Below are positions 26,801-40,584 of a DNA stretch of 64,000 nucleotides, piece after piece. Source of the DNA: Styela clava (Eukaryota); NCBI RefSeq assembly GCF_964204865.1, contig NC_135259.1:5766001-5830000 (forward strand), read 5' to 3'. The translations under genes and the position numbers were made by a program. The notes below the pieces were generated by a model. That model was not told where the DNA came from. It saw only the letters and a program-made list of their open reading frames with translations, and ran no database searches. Within the stretch, counting starts at the first letter, position 1, and each line of letters begins with the position of its first letter.

Positions 26801-29800
26801 TTACCATCCGCTCGGCCCGGCACCTTCGTTTCTCATGTCAGAGAAAGCGTGTATTTGAGAATTTTTCAACTGGATGGCGTTTACTCTGGCTTTACTAGTC
26901 ATGATTTTCTGTATACATATAAAAGAAATGAAAATACATAAAGCAATTTCGCTACTAATTGTGGATATCAACAACATCGCTTGCTATTCAAGGAGAACAG
27001 AAAACAGTATTAGGGTCGATACAGAAAGGGATAAACATAACTAGTAGGTTATGTCTGCCTATTTCTGGCGCAAAATTTATTATCAAAAATCAAAAGCATT
27101 AGGCAGTTCTTTTCGTATACCTGAATTGGCTGTAACTGCATTCTATGCTAGGGTTGCCATACAGTCCGGAAAATTCCGGACATGACCGGAATTTAGGGTT
27201 AAATTTTGCGTCCGGTAAGAATTAAAAACAAAATGCTCAAATGTCCGGAATCCGGTATTTCACTGCATCTGCAATCGTACTGTGAACACTGCTAATACAG
27301 AACATTGTTATTTCGTACCGTGCGCATATTTTCTACTACGAGGTCATGAAAATAGTCATGCACTGTCCGGAATTTTGCTTTTTTAAATGTTGTGACCATA
27401 TCCTATGCTAACCAGAGAAAGTAGTTTAGGTCATTTGAAACGTGAACTTCGCGATTTTTAAAACTGCATTCTATAAAACTCAAGTTCTATTTTTTTTTTT
27501 ATATATTTATATATATATAGATTGTAGAGAGATATAGTTTTTCTCAAATGCCAATCACGCCAAGTCGAAATTACCTTTTATCTATTGTTTGCCCTATTGC
27601 TGAGACACACATGCACAAATTTACTTACAGATTTAACAAACTTACAGATTTATGTCCGATCCTTTTGAGTTCTTCGACGATATCAGGATCAAACCTATCC
27701 TCGTATTCAAATGCGCCAGAGCTTGATAAACTGTCGTGGAGTCTTCTTTTATTTATAGATGATTCAATGCTAAAATCAGTTCCGAAGTACAAGATTCTGG
27801 AAAAATGGGTTAATTATAAGCCGTATTTTCCAATGCAAGCTGACTTTCTGACACACAAAGGGCATTAAACGAGGGGCGTAAATGGAGATTTATTATTCTC
27901 GAGTGAAATTTTTTTGCATTTGTAGAGATTGATTAAAACAAAAATTAGGAGGAGCAACAAAGTTACCTATGAGTTGATTTCAAAATATCAACTCAAATGA
28001 GCGGAAATGACGCCTGTTGAACGAATAGATCGCCACAGAAAGGGTATATATACATATCCTTTACAATTTATTACGATTTTAATTTGTGAATAGACTTTGT
28101 GAAAATTTCTGTGTTCGAGTACATGTTTTTAGTACAGGGTGAACCCAAAAAAACGGGAACCATGAATTCTCTAATTAGCCTACTTCCGTGAAAATGAAGT
28201 AAATTATTTTATTTTGTGCATACTCAAACTCCTGTTTGTGCATGATTCCATGAGTCCATCACAATGAAAGACTACTTTTCGCTTAAATTGATCACCTGAG
28301 CATAACTTGTGCGATTGATGTAGGTATACGTACACCACCAGCAGACCCAACAATGAAAGCAGGGGATGAATTTTCATCTAAAAATATTGCAGGAGACATA
28401 GTTGATCGGGCTCGTTTCCCACCTTCAATTTGATTGGATGGAACCAGTTTGGAATCGTGATCTGGATCGCCGGCTTTGAATATAAAAAATTAACAGATAG
28501 TAGATGCTTTAGGCAAAAATAAAGACATTAGAAAAAAATCGCTTTGTTTATAATTCCGTGGGCCACACGATTAACAATCCCACGGCCCTGTGTGCACCGG
28601 ACATTTCTGTAGAATTTTCTATCTTTTGGTTATTTTCATGCTGTTATTGATCAAGTCAGTTCAATTCTTGCTCAAATTGGCATATGCTTGTGCGTGATGC
28701 ATTACCACAAATTGTAGATTCCTAGATAGAGTTTTAGTAGTCATTATGATTTCAGTATTAGTCCTTAAATTTGCTTAGAAATATGCCTTCTCCACTTATG
28801 GCTGAATACTTTCTTTGAGCAAATTTTTTTAAAATTGCTAGCATGTTTTTTTGTCAGCTTTGTGCTAGTCATAACTCCACAACAGGCAAATACCATACTC
28901 GTTGGACAAATTGTGTTTATGACATAAAAGTTTACTTACTTGGATATGAAAAAACTGACATTACGTTGTTATATACAATTCCTGTTGTTGGCGACATGAA
29001 ATAAGAACCCCACAGTGAAGAAATGGTTGATGTGATTGCAACACCGATCTTGTTTTGGTCAATGACTGATACGTGCGTAGTAAATGTTTCTTTGGGGTAG
29101 GTTAGGTAAGTTGCGCCGTAATATGCTGGATCGGGGGAGGTTTCATCATCATGAATTTTTTCTATTGCCGATTTTGCATATTCACCCGATACAATTTGAT
29201 CTTCTACGTCCTGTGATTCCGGATACATATCCGGATCTCCCATCTCGTAACGGACCCCAAAAGAGTGTCTGAACGCTTCAATTGTACGGTGCCACTGAAG
29301 TGCGGCACTGTTGTCGTAATCTTGTGGGCTGATATCAAAGAGATCCATGATAGATAGCGTTGCTCCCAATATTGAACCACCCATCGGTAAAGGAGCTGTA
29401 TGCATGGTATATCCGGCATTTGGAAGTTGAATTGGAATAGCAGCTTCTTCAATTACGTCGAAGTCCTAGGATATATAAAATAAAAAAAAATTTGTATTAA
29501 ATAATTTCCAAATTGTGGTTTCATGTGATAGTGAGTTAAGTATACCCTAACAACCCACCATTAAGTCTTTTTTTGTCATTATTCCTCCCTGTGCCCGAAA
29601 CTCATTGATTGTGATGTCTGCCATTTCGCCCGTGTAAAACCCTTCTACACCATGCTGTTGAATTTTTATCAGCGTATCAGCTAATAGTAGATTTATGACA
29701 ATATCACCCTTTTGCTTCACCTATTCATATGTAATAAAATATAAAAACATGCACTACATATGACGTTAATTCAATTACCTCAATACAAAAACTTTGTACT

Positions 29801-31301
29801 TACTCTTGTTCTGTCCTCATTACAATAAATATCGCAAAATACAGAATTTGTATCATGGACAATCACGTTCTCATATAGACTTGTCAATGCAATTGACAAT
29901 TGTCCACTGACTTTAAATCCGTTTCTTGCTTTATCGATGGAGGGCTGGAGAAGAGCAGCCCAACTTACCCTCCCCCCATATTTATTGTAGGCGTATCTGT
30001 TATAAAACAAAACACAGTAGTCGTAAAATGTCTATGAAACTTTTGAAATGAAACAATTATTCTTATTTAAAAATTGTTTGAATACAATACTGTGCGCTTA
30101 TCTCTTCAAGAATAAACTAATACAATTGTCGTGTTTTAATGAACATTTACTACGTTATACCTAATTTTAAATAAGTTATTGATGGATTACCATGCCCGCT
30201 ACAGGGCGAATTCTTAAATAACGAATGCTAAGTATAAATGGAAAATTTTCAAACAAAAATATCTTACTCCAGGCCTCTTAATTGTCCTGGTACACCTATA
30301 GATTTTACTCCTCTCGAAGGATTTGCATCCCCAATATACATATTTGGAGTAGCATCAGCGGGAGCTTTTTCTTTGGAGAGTATACTCGTTACTGACTTTG
30401 TAGTCGAATTGTAAATCAGCATCGTGGCCCCTCCGCCTGTAAAACAAACAAGTGAGTCTTTCAGGCTTGATTATTTACGACTTCTGGTTTCTCTTTTTTG
30501 CTACGATTACCTATTGATGTGTGGTATGGTTCAACTACGCCTTCGCACATTGTCGTAGCGATTGCCGCGTCTACTGCATTCCCACCGGCTTGCATAATGT
30601 CTGTTCCGACAACCGAGCATTCAAGTTGACCTGAACATATAAAAACATTCAATGTTTGTAATATATACTCATATATATAATATTGATAGAGAATATCATA
30701 TTGCTGCGAAGAAGTAAAATAAATTTCTCATACTTGCGGCAACTGCAGCATGCTCAAATACGTTATCTCGACTTTCTTGAGTTTCGTCGGGCTGTGAAAG
30801 CAATTTTTTTTTTCTAATTATTATAAATCAATCTCTATTTAGCACCTACTATATTAAAATAATACATAACGCAATTTTCGTCTTATTACTTCTGAGCTTG
30901 TCCAGTTTGCTATTTCAATACAATGTTTAATTCGCTGAATAGCGCTCGTGGTTAGGAAAACGACTGTGGTACGAAATATTGTTTATTAACATGTGTATTT
31001 GTTATCATACAACTCGCAAGCTAAATGCTGGAATCGATACAGACTTATATTGCGGGTCGCTTCTTCATTAATATCCATATCAAAACTTTGAGTAATAAAA
31101 TGAGTTCTTGAAAATTCCTGTAATCACTCGTTTATAGTGACGGTCACTTTTACTTATTTTAGGTAAAATTGAGATTTAACAATTTCATACCTGATTTATC
31201 AGATAAGCACGTATATCTTCTGATGCAGAACGATTGCCAAATATGGCTAGGATACATGCTGCAATAAGCATGAACCCAACACTCATTCGTCTATTTCCCA
31301 T
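26801..31301 (-). CDS. Gamma-glutamyltranspeptidase-like paralogue A (10 coding exons, intact ORF, divergent substrate pocket)
   Basis: Exons 31191-31301 (MGNRRMSVGFMLIAACILAIFG signal/anchor), 30734-30791, 30511-30630 (GGNAVDAAIA), 30268-30436 (GVPGQLRG), 29804-29996, 29559-29720, 28940-29465 (TTHVSV nucleophile, TSTI), 28296-28473 (GSAGG), 27646-27796, 26801-26908 (SDMR..GPSGW*). All GT-AG and in phase. Confidence 0.93.
27149..27400. mobile_element. hAT-type MITE in the last intron of GGT-A
   Basis: tagggttgcca terminus, tccgga subterminal repeats, 8-bp TSD ttctatgc/tcctatgc. Confidence 0.75.
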
Positions 31302-33245
31302 TCTTAGTGTATTTTATTAAATTAAATTAATCTCTTGTAGCTGTCAATGTCATGTCAATAAAACATAAATAATTTTGTAAACAGTTTGGATTTGAATTCT
31401 CTGCAAACAACTACATAACAGTAACGCTACATCGCCTCTCTTTTTCTCATGTAAAGCGGTTCCTATTTGTGTTGCATGTTCAATAGCAACAGTATTTTAA
31501 AAAACAAATCTTCTCGTAAACCCAATTTTGACCTTATGCATTTCCCTCAATACTGTTCTTAGGAAACCATATCGCTTCCGATGATCAGGAAATTCACGTT
31601 TCAATAGTTCCTTTTTGTCAAATACGTTGTCGTGGCGTGTCTTTGCTTGCGTACATATTTACTATTTTCTAGTTTATTCTAAATTCTCGTGTCAGGGAAT
31701 CCATTCTTATTATACAATACTTGCATATAACACAATCGGGATTACTTCCCCCAGTACCCTTAAATTTAACTATTAATCGTTCATCTTTATTTTATATATA
31801 TCTCTGTAGATGCCTATCACAGGGGACCGCAGGAATTTGCTAGTTAAATAATAGGAGGAATCTCCGATCAGTAATACAAGTGTTACAAATTGGTTTTCCG
31901 TGAGGGTTTTCACATTTTAACGTGATACCTACTCTAGACCGGCCTTAGAAATAACGCGCTATCCGATATATCTTTGTTTAGTATTACTAATGATCCAAAC
32001 GCGCTCTACACGCAGGGATGTGCCATAACGATGCCATAAAATTAGGGCTAGTTGAATTGAAATGGAAGCGAGTTTGTCAGAAGCGAAGCAATAAAACTTT
32101 TTGCTACTATAGATCCTCACTCGATTACAATCGTATACTGCTGTTAAAAAAGGTATGCATAACCTACTATCACAACGTCACTTTCACCACTTGAAGTTGT
32201 CTGGCCATTTTTATCGAACTATTACGAAAAAATACCGAATACGACTTATTCCACTCCACTTGAGTGACAAGCAGCTTCTTGGATATTGTTTATAGCACAT
32301 ATAGGCTACAAATCACTGAAGAATATTTTTAAAATGAGTCTCGTTTCCTAGCTTTTCCACTGGGTGTTCTGTCATGTTATCCAGAATAGATAGCCTTAGG
32401 GGTCCTGTACTAGTATATATATATGTATTTTATTACACTCGGCTGGTCAAGCAATTCTAACGAAGTGGAACTTTTTTCGTTTTTATCATCAAGATATTTG
32501 AAACCTATTCCCGAGTGCAAAGTCACGTTCGGCCTCTTGACAGTGTCACAGCAATTTTCGTGAATAAAATTGTTTTATGCTACTCTATGCAACACTGTAT
32601 ATTTTCTTTAATCTTTACTGTATTCTATATTCGCAATATACTTATCTTCCATTGTTGATTCATACTAACGCGAAGTGATGGAATTAGCAGACACGGATAA
32701 TGCAGTTATGGAAGAACAAAATTCGTGACTGATTGCCGAAGCGCCCATGATGTGAGAACGTGATACATGTATCATATATTTCCATTTTGATTTGAACGAT
32801 CACAAGATTGAATCCTTATAAAATAGATTAATCATACACGGAATTCTATAATTGGAATTTACACTGGAAACCTGTCGATTTTACACGTGGGATTATTGGA
32901 CACGAAATGGGCCTATGGATCGTTGCTGTTGTGCTTTGAAATTCTCAGTGGCTAAAGATTATTGCTGTCGATGATTCGTTTTTTAACTTTCAGTTGTGTG
33001 TGATGACAAAATTAAAAACTGCACGCCGTGTAGCGGTTCCGCAATCACATTACAGCGACCTCGTGGTTAGACTACCGGTACTGTAAAATATTTGATGCTA
33101 CGCCGTTTTGTCCTTCGTGTTTATATATTTTAGAATTGCTCTCCTGTTATTACATAATTTCACTTCATATTAGTCGCTTTTTACATCGTACCAGCGAATG
33201 ACTTACGACCGTGAAAAGATAGGACTATATTCATAGTTTATTATT

Positions 33246-33333
33246 AGGGCTGGGAATGGTTAACCGGTTAATCAGTTAACCTATTTAAGATGGTTAACGG
33301 TTATGATTTATTTTAACCGTTAACTGACATCTC
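33246..33333. mobile_element. Small hAT-like MITE with ttaacc/ggttaa repeats
   Basis: tagggctgg start and repeated palindromic gttaac motifs. Confidence 0.45.
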
Positions 33334-33738
33334 AGGTACAAATCACCTTTATATATCACGTACAAGTCTTTCAAAAATGAATACGTCATCGCAAAAAACG
33401 CCTGTGGCGTTTAATTCAAAAGAATATCAATAACTTGTATTGGTAAGGACCCAATGGATGTGATAAAATATTTGAGGTACCAAGATTGCTGAATATGAAA
33501 ATTTGACAATAACTAATTATAAATCAGTTTTCAGTCGAATTATATTGTTCGCTATATTATTTCAACTAACAAGTGTGTAGTTGATCATAAGATCACAGTT
33601 TCAAAACACGGTAGTTGATACTCATGTATAATTCATGTATTTAAAATCTAAGAAATGCAGAGGAAAGGCTTGATAGTTTCAATTTATTTTTGAGTCAGAT
33701 ATGGCACTCTATGTCATGATACTTTTGCATTGTCTTTT

Positions 33739-36700
33739 TCACCATCCACTTGCTCCAGCTCCCTTGTCTCTTAGGTCCGAATATGCATTGATTTGAGATT
33801 TTGTAATTTGGATTCCATTAACGCGGGGTTTTGCAATCATCGTTTTCTGTAAGACGAGAAACAAATTTATTTTCATGAAGAAAAATGAATAATTTTCTAC
33901 ACTTTTGAATTGAGCTAATGGAACTTTTAAAAGCGATTGGCCGAATAGTTTAAAAAAAAATCGAATTTTCTTCCAATAATAAGAACAAGTCAGCAAAACG
34001 ATCTAAATATTTATTGCTATAAACTATTTTACTTTTCATTTACTCATAATAGTTTATTTACTTCAAAGCCAGCAATTTTTGTCGTAAGTATCTCGCTACA
34101 ATTTATTTAACTTTTGCATTGATTTATAAATTCGTTACTCAACTTACAATATTATGTCCGATTTTCCGTAATTTTTCCACTACTCCTGGAACGAAACCTC
34201 CTTCATATTCCATGTAATCCGGTATCAAACTGTCGTGCAGTCTTTTTTCTTTAATTGCAGACGTGATGTCTTCATCGGAACCAAAGTATAATAACCTGAA
34301 TTAAATCAAATCATCTTGTTATATTTTATTGTGTACTTAGTGCTTTAAATCTTCATTTTTGCCATGAATCATGCATTATACATTTAAAGTTATTCCCGCT
34401 GTAAATTTAATACCGAATGATACGCACAACCTTCATGATATCGGAAGAGAGCAAGACTCAAATACATATAACTTCGCCAGTGCCAAGTATATCGTACCGA
34501 CAGTTGCTCAACTTCACAAGGTTACCTACCATATGCTATTTATGGACCAGCACTGCTTGTCAATATCTGTCATCCCATTTCATGGAATTATAAAATAGAA
34601 ATACAGAAGACACTTCCATCTTTATTTATTTTGCCACAATTACAACAACACGAAAAACTAATAAAAAAACGATTTACGGGTTCGGTTCGTCTCAAGATGC
34701 ATTTCCATCACTGATGGAAATTGAGCGACAAATTTCTATTTTAATTTGTTGTGGGTTTTGATTTTCACAGAACATTTAGCCCTAAGACGTCGTCTAAAAT
34801 TCAATTTTTCCAAACACGTTAACACGAAAATGAGGTATTTTAAGGCTTCATTCATTTCATCAGGCTGAAGCCAAAAATAGTCACGGTAAATGCGAGTCGC
34901 GCTAAATATTCAATTAAATATATTTATTACCAACAAAAATTTGCCGCAAACAACAAATTTATTTTGTAAGACGCGTATAAAGTATGATATGAAATCTCTA
35001 TTTATAGCATCTAAAACAACTCTACCTGAGTAATACTTGTGCAACAGATGTTGGAATCCTCAATCCACCAGCTCCTCCGATGACGAATACTGGTTGTTGG
35101 TTATTATCCAGCAATATCGCTGGAGTCATGGATGATAAGGGACGTTTTCCGCCTTCTATTTGGTTTTCTGCATATAGCTCAGAGTCGTGAGCAGGATCTC
35201 CAGCTTATATAATATGGACACAGAATTATTATTTTCATTTTTTGCCTTCAATTCAGGAACTCTTGAACTGATAAATAAAGAATTATTTCCTCGACGATTA
35301 GTTAGACAGAAATCTATTCGTAAAATTTTGAATATATGGAAAAAATGACAACTTTTATCTTAACCAAAAAAAAAAGAAACATGCTTATATGCATCACTAG
35401 TAGCTGAACTGGAATAGAAAGACAAACTCACTTGGAAATGAAAAATCCGCCATATTATCGTTAAAAATAACTCCAGTTGATGGTGATATTACATACGACC
35501 CCCATGCGTAGGCAATGGTGGATGTGATTGCAACAGCATTTTTATTTTGATCAAGAACTGATAAATGTGAAGTAGATGATTCTGTAGGTTTCATAAATTT
35601 TGCGCCGTAATAAGCAGGATCATGAAAAGTTCTATCACTGAATATTTTACTTATAGTCTCCTTTGCAAAGTCTCCAGATACTATTTTATCTTCTATAATC
35701 TGGGCTTGAGAAGCAAAGATTGGGTCACCCATGCTATACCGTGCTCCATAAGCATGTCGGAATGATTCTATTGTTCTTTGCCATTGAATTGTTGCATTGC
35801 TCTGGTAGTCTTGTGGAGTGATGCCAAAAAGGTCCATGACAGATAGTATCGCTCCTAACACCGGACCTCCCATAGGTAACGGGGATGCGTGCATTGTGTA
35901 ACCCGCATTTGGAAGTGGAATTTTTATTGATGGATTTTCAATGACATCATAATCCTGATAAATATAAAATATAAATTTCAAGCAATTTGCGAACGTTACA
36001 ATGCTGTAAGTCTGAATAAGTATTTGACATCCTAGGAATGCTACCTTGTTTAGTTTACATCGGCAGGCTGTGTCATATATATATCTCATCTATTATTACC
36101 CTACTTTACTAGGGTAATCAGAGTAGCAAGTTGGATTACTTTTTCAGCCCATTCCCAGTCCTAAATAACCTTTTTTTACCGATTATCTCTACAATTTTGT
36201 AACAATATTGTTGCATTTCTTACTTATATCTCATCATAAACTAACCAACAAATCTTTCTTGGTTATGATACCTCCTTGACCCAGAATTTCATCAATTATT
36301 TGATCTGCTATTTCACCATTGTAAAATACGTCTACTCCATATTGCTGAATTTTTGTCAACGTTTCAGCAAGCAGAGGATTTTTTACAGTATCGCCTTCCT
36401 GCTTCATCTAAATAAAAGCATTAAATTTTCGATAAAAATTGTTGGTAGTCCAGTCACCAGGAAACAGAATCTGAGATGGCCAGCTTCCAAGGATGTCAAT
36501 ATTTTATTCAGTGGTATGTTGCATGCAGCGCCGGATCAACCATTAAACAATATAAGCACGTGCTTAGCGCGACAAGCAAAGAGTGGCACCACAGAAATTT
36601 TTATAGCATGATTTTATATAGTTTATCGGTGTTTATTTAAAATATTACGAGTTCACCATACGACTCAAACTTCGAAATGTTTGCCTATTTTTTGTCTTCA

Positions 36701-39700
36701 AGTACCACATTATCCTTCTTTATCAAAAATAACCACTGAAGCTTATTTATTGGACACGGAATGGGCCTATGAGTCGTTTTGTAAAAAAAAAATTCTTATC
36801 ATTCCCCTCGTTGCTGCATTTTTGTTTTAAAAAAATTTCTTCTCTCTTCAACAATTGGACCAATAAACTGTCATGCTGCTACATTCCGTGCGGCCCGCAG
36901 AACAATTTTAGCGTATATTTGTATCCAACAGCAGAGCGTTTTTGAGTTTTTTCGATATTCCAACTGAGGTTGGAATCCCGATATTCAAACTTTTTTTTCT
37001 AACGCTTTGTGCTTTTATTTCAGTAAAAACACTTCTCTGTTTTCCAGCGTGGGCCATGTGACAGTAGTGACGAAACACAGAGCCGACTTAATGCCGCGCA
37101 ATCCAGTTTTTTTTTTCAGCAAGGTCCCGAAATACCAACTTAGACGGACTTGGATGTTATTTGACGATGTCACTAAGCTTGCTCACGCTGCAAGTTTTCA
37201 AATTACTCAAATATAACAATTCGTAATAAAATGATTGTCACAAGAAAAGTGGCATGAGGAAAACACGGCGGAAGCGTATTTCCTTGCCCATCACAAAGTG
37301 TCTGGTTTGATTTCAAGTAATATCTGCACGAAAGAATATAATTTGAAGCGAAAATAAACGCGAGATGCGGAAAATACAACGGTAATTTTAGGGAATTAAT
37401 TTTTAAATAACTGAAGGCTTTATATATATATCTTCCGACAATGCGAGAAATTTTAAAAAAACGCCACTAATGCAACATAATAATGATCTGATTAGAACGG
37501 TAAACTCTGGTTGTTTATTGAATTAAAAGTAATTAAACTCGCGATATTTCGATCACTATGGGTTTTCTCCGACTTGCGGCCCGCGAGACCTCCTCAAAAG
37601 TTTTTGCGGTCCTTCAACTTAGCAACCTTGAACCACGCTGAGGTAGACTACTAGGTACCCGTGAAATTATAAACTACAGTTGTGACTTGTATCCTTTGGT
37701 ATTTCGATTCACGTTGAGACTGTAGGCATGAATCTTTATTGTCACACTCCTTCAGGATTAGAGCTCAACCGTTATATCGGCCCGATGTTGTGTGTTTGCC
37801 GATATATCATATCGGCAGTAAACAGCCGATATATATATCGGCTATATATAACAGTAAAAAATCTGAAAATGTTCGTGAAAGTTGTTTTATTTACTGTTTG
37901 TTGTGATTATTTTTAATAGATGGGGTAATGGGGTTTATTGTTTTTATAATTAAATTAAACATAAGGGGGCACCAAAGTATTCAGTGCTTTGGGCACCAAA
38001 GGGGCATAATCCGCCTCTGGTTACATGAAGGAATATTGCGATTTCGATACCGACAGAAATCTTTAGCTGCAGAATGGGGCTTTTGTATACACAAAATATA
38101 AATTTACTGGAATAATTTGCTCAAATCACAGTATTGAATAAGAAGTATTCTACGTTTTTAACATATAATGTGAAGAATAAGATTTAGGTATTAAACCTCA
38201 ATGCATGGAAACACGATTGAACTTCAAGCGATCTTATATAAAGTCTTATTTAAAGGAACGGTAGTATATAGTAAACTAGACCAATTGTATTTATTCGGAA
38301 ATAGTTACCCCAGTTTTATCTTCATTGCAATAAATATCACAAAACAACGAATCTAGTTCCCATGCTACGACATCTTTGTAAAGCGTTTCCAGCATAATCG
38401 CTAATTCTCCGCTTACTGTAAATCCATTTTTAGCTTTATCAATGGCGGGTTGGAAAAGAGAAGTCCAAGATATCTTTCCACCGTATTTCTTGTAGGCATA
38501 TCTGAATGATGATTTAGGAATTTAGGATTTAGGAATTTTTCTTAAATTTGCGAAGGTGATATTTTCTTGGTTGCTGAGATTTACTTCACTAATTTGCTTC
38601 AACTCGGGATCGACAAATGAGATTACAGAATTCTGAACTGACTAATTTCAAATATGTTTTGTGAAACAATTCAGATATAGACTCCATGATCCCGGGTCTT
38701 CATATTCTATTTGAGACCACGCAGTGACATAGTGATCAATGGACCTAAGTATGCTGATGTCAAAGGTCACCGATCTCTGGTTTATGTTCAACTCCTAACA
38801 ACTTACGAGTAAATCGAGTAGGCAATGCACAGCTGGGAATAAGCTGACATTTCAGTAGCTGCTTTGTTTGGCTTGATGGTGTGTGAAGGCCTTACAGTAA
38901 TTAAAAAAATGATTGCTTTGCGACTAGTCGTTTTGCTCTTGAACGACTAACAATCCTATGACTGGAAACTATATAGTTATATTATATGATTTTACAACGC
39001 GGGTTTGTATTCAACAATATTAAATCTTACTCTAAGCCTCTTAGTTGACCTGGTACTGCGATAAGCTTTGCACCTCTTTTGGGATTCTCAATCCCGACAA
39101 ACATATCGCTGGTGGCAGCTGACGGTGCTTTCTCTCTAGATAATATGGTTGTTGTTGACTTTGTTGTGTGATTGTAAATTACCATAATTGCTCCTCCACC
39201 TGGAAATATACAGAAGTGTATTAAATACATTTAAAAGACCATTAGTATCTAACACAGGAGCTTTTAACTGAGGTTTCTGCAGCACAGTCCTGGGGTTCCT
39301 TCACTTTCCCAATCAAATCCGAGAGTCCCTATCAATATATATATGTATATTGTTTTAAATATAATTAAATACCTATAATGTGTGTCACTATTATGAAAAT
39401 TGCTAAAGGTCAAAAATAATTTGTTTTGTCAGTATTGTCAGTATATATATATATATATATATGTTAATAGTTTATTATACAAGTCAAACAATTTAAACGA
39501 TTCCACAGGGGTCTCTGGAGCATCTGGATTTTTTTTACCGCGGTTCCTCTCTATCAAAAGTTGTAAGACACTGGTCTAAGATAATTACCAGTAGATTTGG
39601 TATGCGCCATGATGTTGGATGGGGGAAATTCGATCAAATGCCAAAAATAATTTCTATACAAAAAAAGTTGAAAGTCGGAATATTCATTATGAACTTGAGA

Positions 39701-40584
39701 ATCATGATAATGCACTAGTATACTAAATAATCAAATAGAAATCATCATAATCAAATTCAATTTAGGGCTGAAGATGTGAAGAGTCGCTCAAATAATAATT
39801 TTGGTTATTGATTGAGGAATATGAATACGTCAAAAACGTCATTCTTTAACCTTATTTTGTCAGCCCTAACCCTAATATTAACATAATAATAAGGAAAAAG
39901 AAGCCCAGTGCTTGAATATATTGGTGACAACAAGTCAACAAAATACCATTCAAATATTGATGGTAATTGTACCGAATGTCATATGAAGGCGTGTACCGAA
40001 TTTATTTCATATATAGGTGCGTTTATGAATTACATAAAATATTTTCAAATGCTGAAAGTTTGCCCCCCCCCCCAATTGAAGAAAAGGAAACATAAGTTCA
40101 ATTCGTGTCCAATAAATTGTTTTCTCACCAATTCCGGAATGATAAGGTTCAACAACCCCTTCACATAGTGTTGATGCAATTGCGGCATCAACTGCATTGC
40201 CACCTGCTTTTAGAATGTCTTTTCCAACGATAGAACACTCAAGCTGACCTAGTTTAGTAAATAAAACAACAGATGATTACTAAATTGTCCTTCTCAGTTA
40301 TGGATATTCTCCATTCGAATTGTCGTGTCAGAAATTGTTGATTGTGAAGGTTGGTAATTATTGAAACCTTCTAAGAGTGCCGCAAGGGAATGTGTCATGT
40401 TTGTTACAGTTACTACAAGAAATTGTATTTCTGGGTGTTGCGAATTCATCTACTGATTGTAACGAACAAAATCAATACCAAAATAGGACGTTTTGACAAT
40501 ATACATACTTGAAGCAACCGCAGCATGATAATACACGTCATTGTTTTCGTTGAGAAATTTAGTCACTTTATGCTCGATATTGAC
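33739..40584 (-). CDS. Gamma-glutamyltranspeptidase paralogue B (coding exons 2-10; exon 1 uncertain)
   Basis: Exons 40509-40584, 40129-40248 (GGNAVDAAIA), 39031-39199 (SREKAP, AVPG), 38309-38501, 36246-36407, 35432-35954 (TSHLSV, TSTI, NDNMADFS), 35026-35203 (KRPLSSM, GGAGG), 34148-34295, 33739-33846. Exon structure is identical to paralogue A. Confidence 0.92.
36877..37641. mobile_element. Degenerate hAT-Charlie-like element in a GGT-B intron
   Basis: gcggcccgc subterminal motifs at both ends and a ttgaaccacgctg terminus. Confidence 0.45.

Noticed and set aside
27548-27868. 106-aa + strand ORF
   Set aside because: Antisense shadow of GGT-A exon 9.
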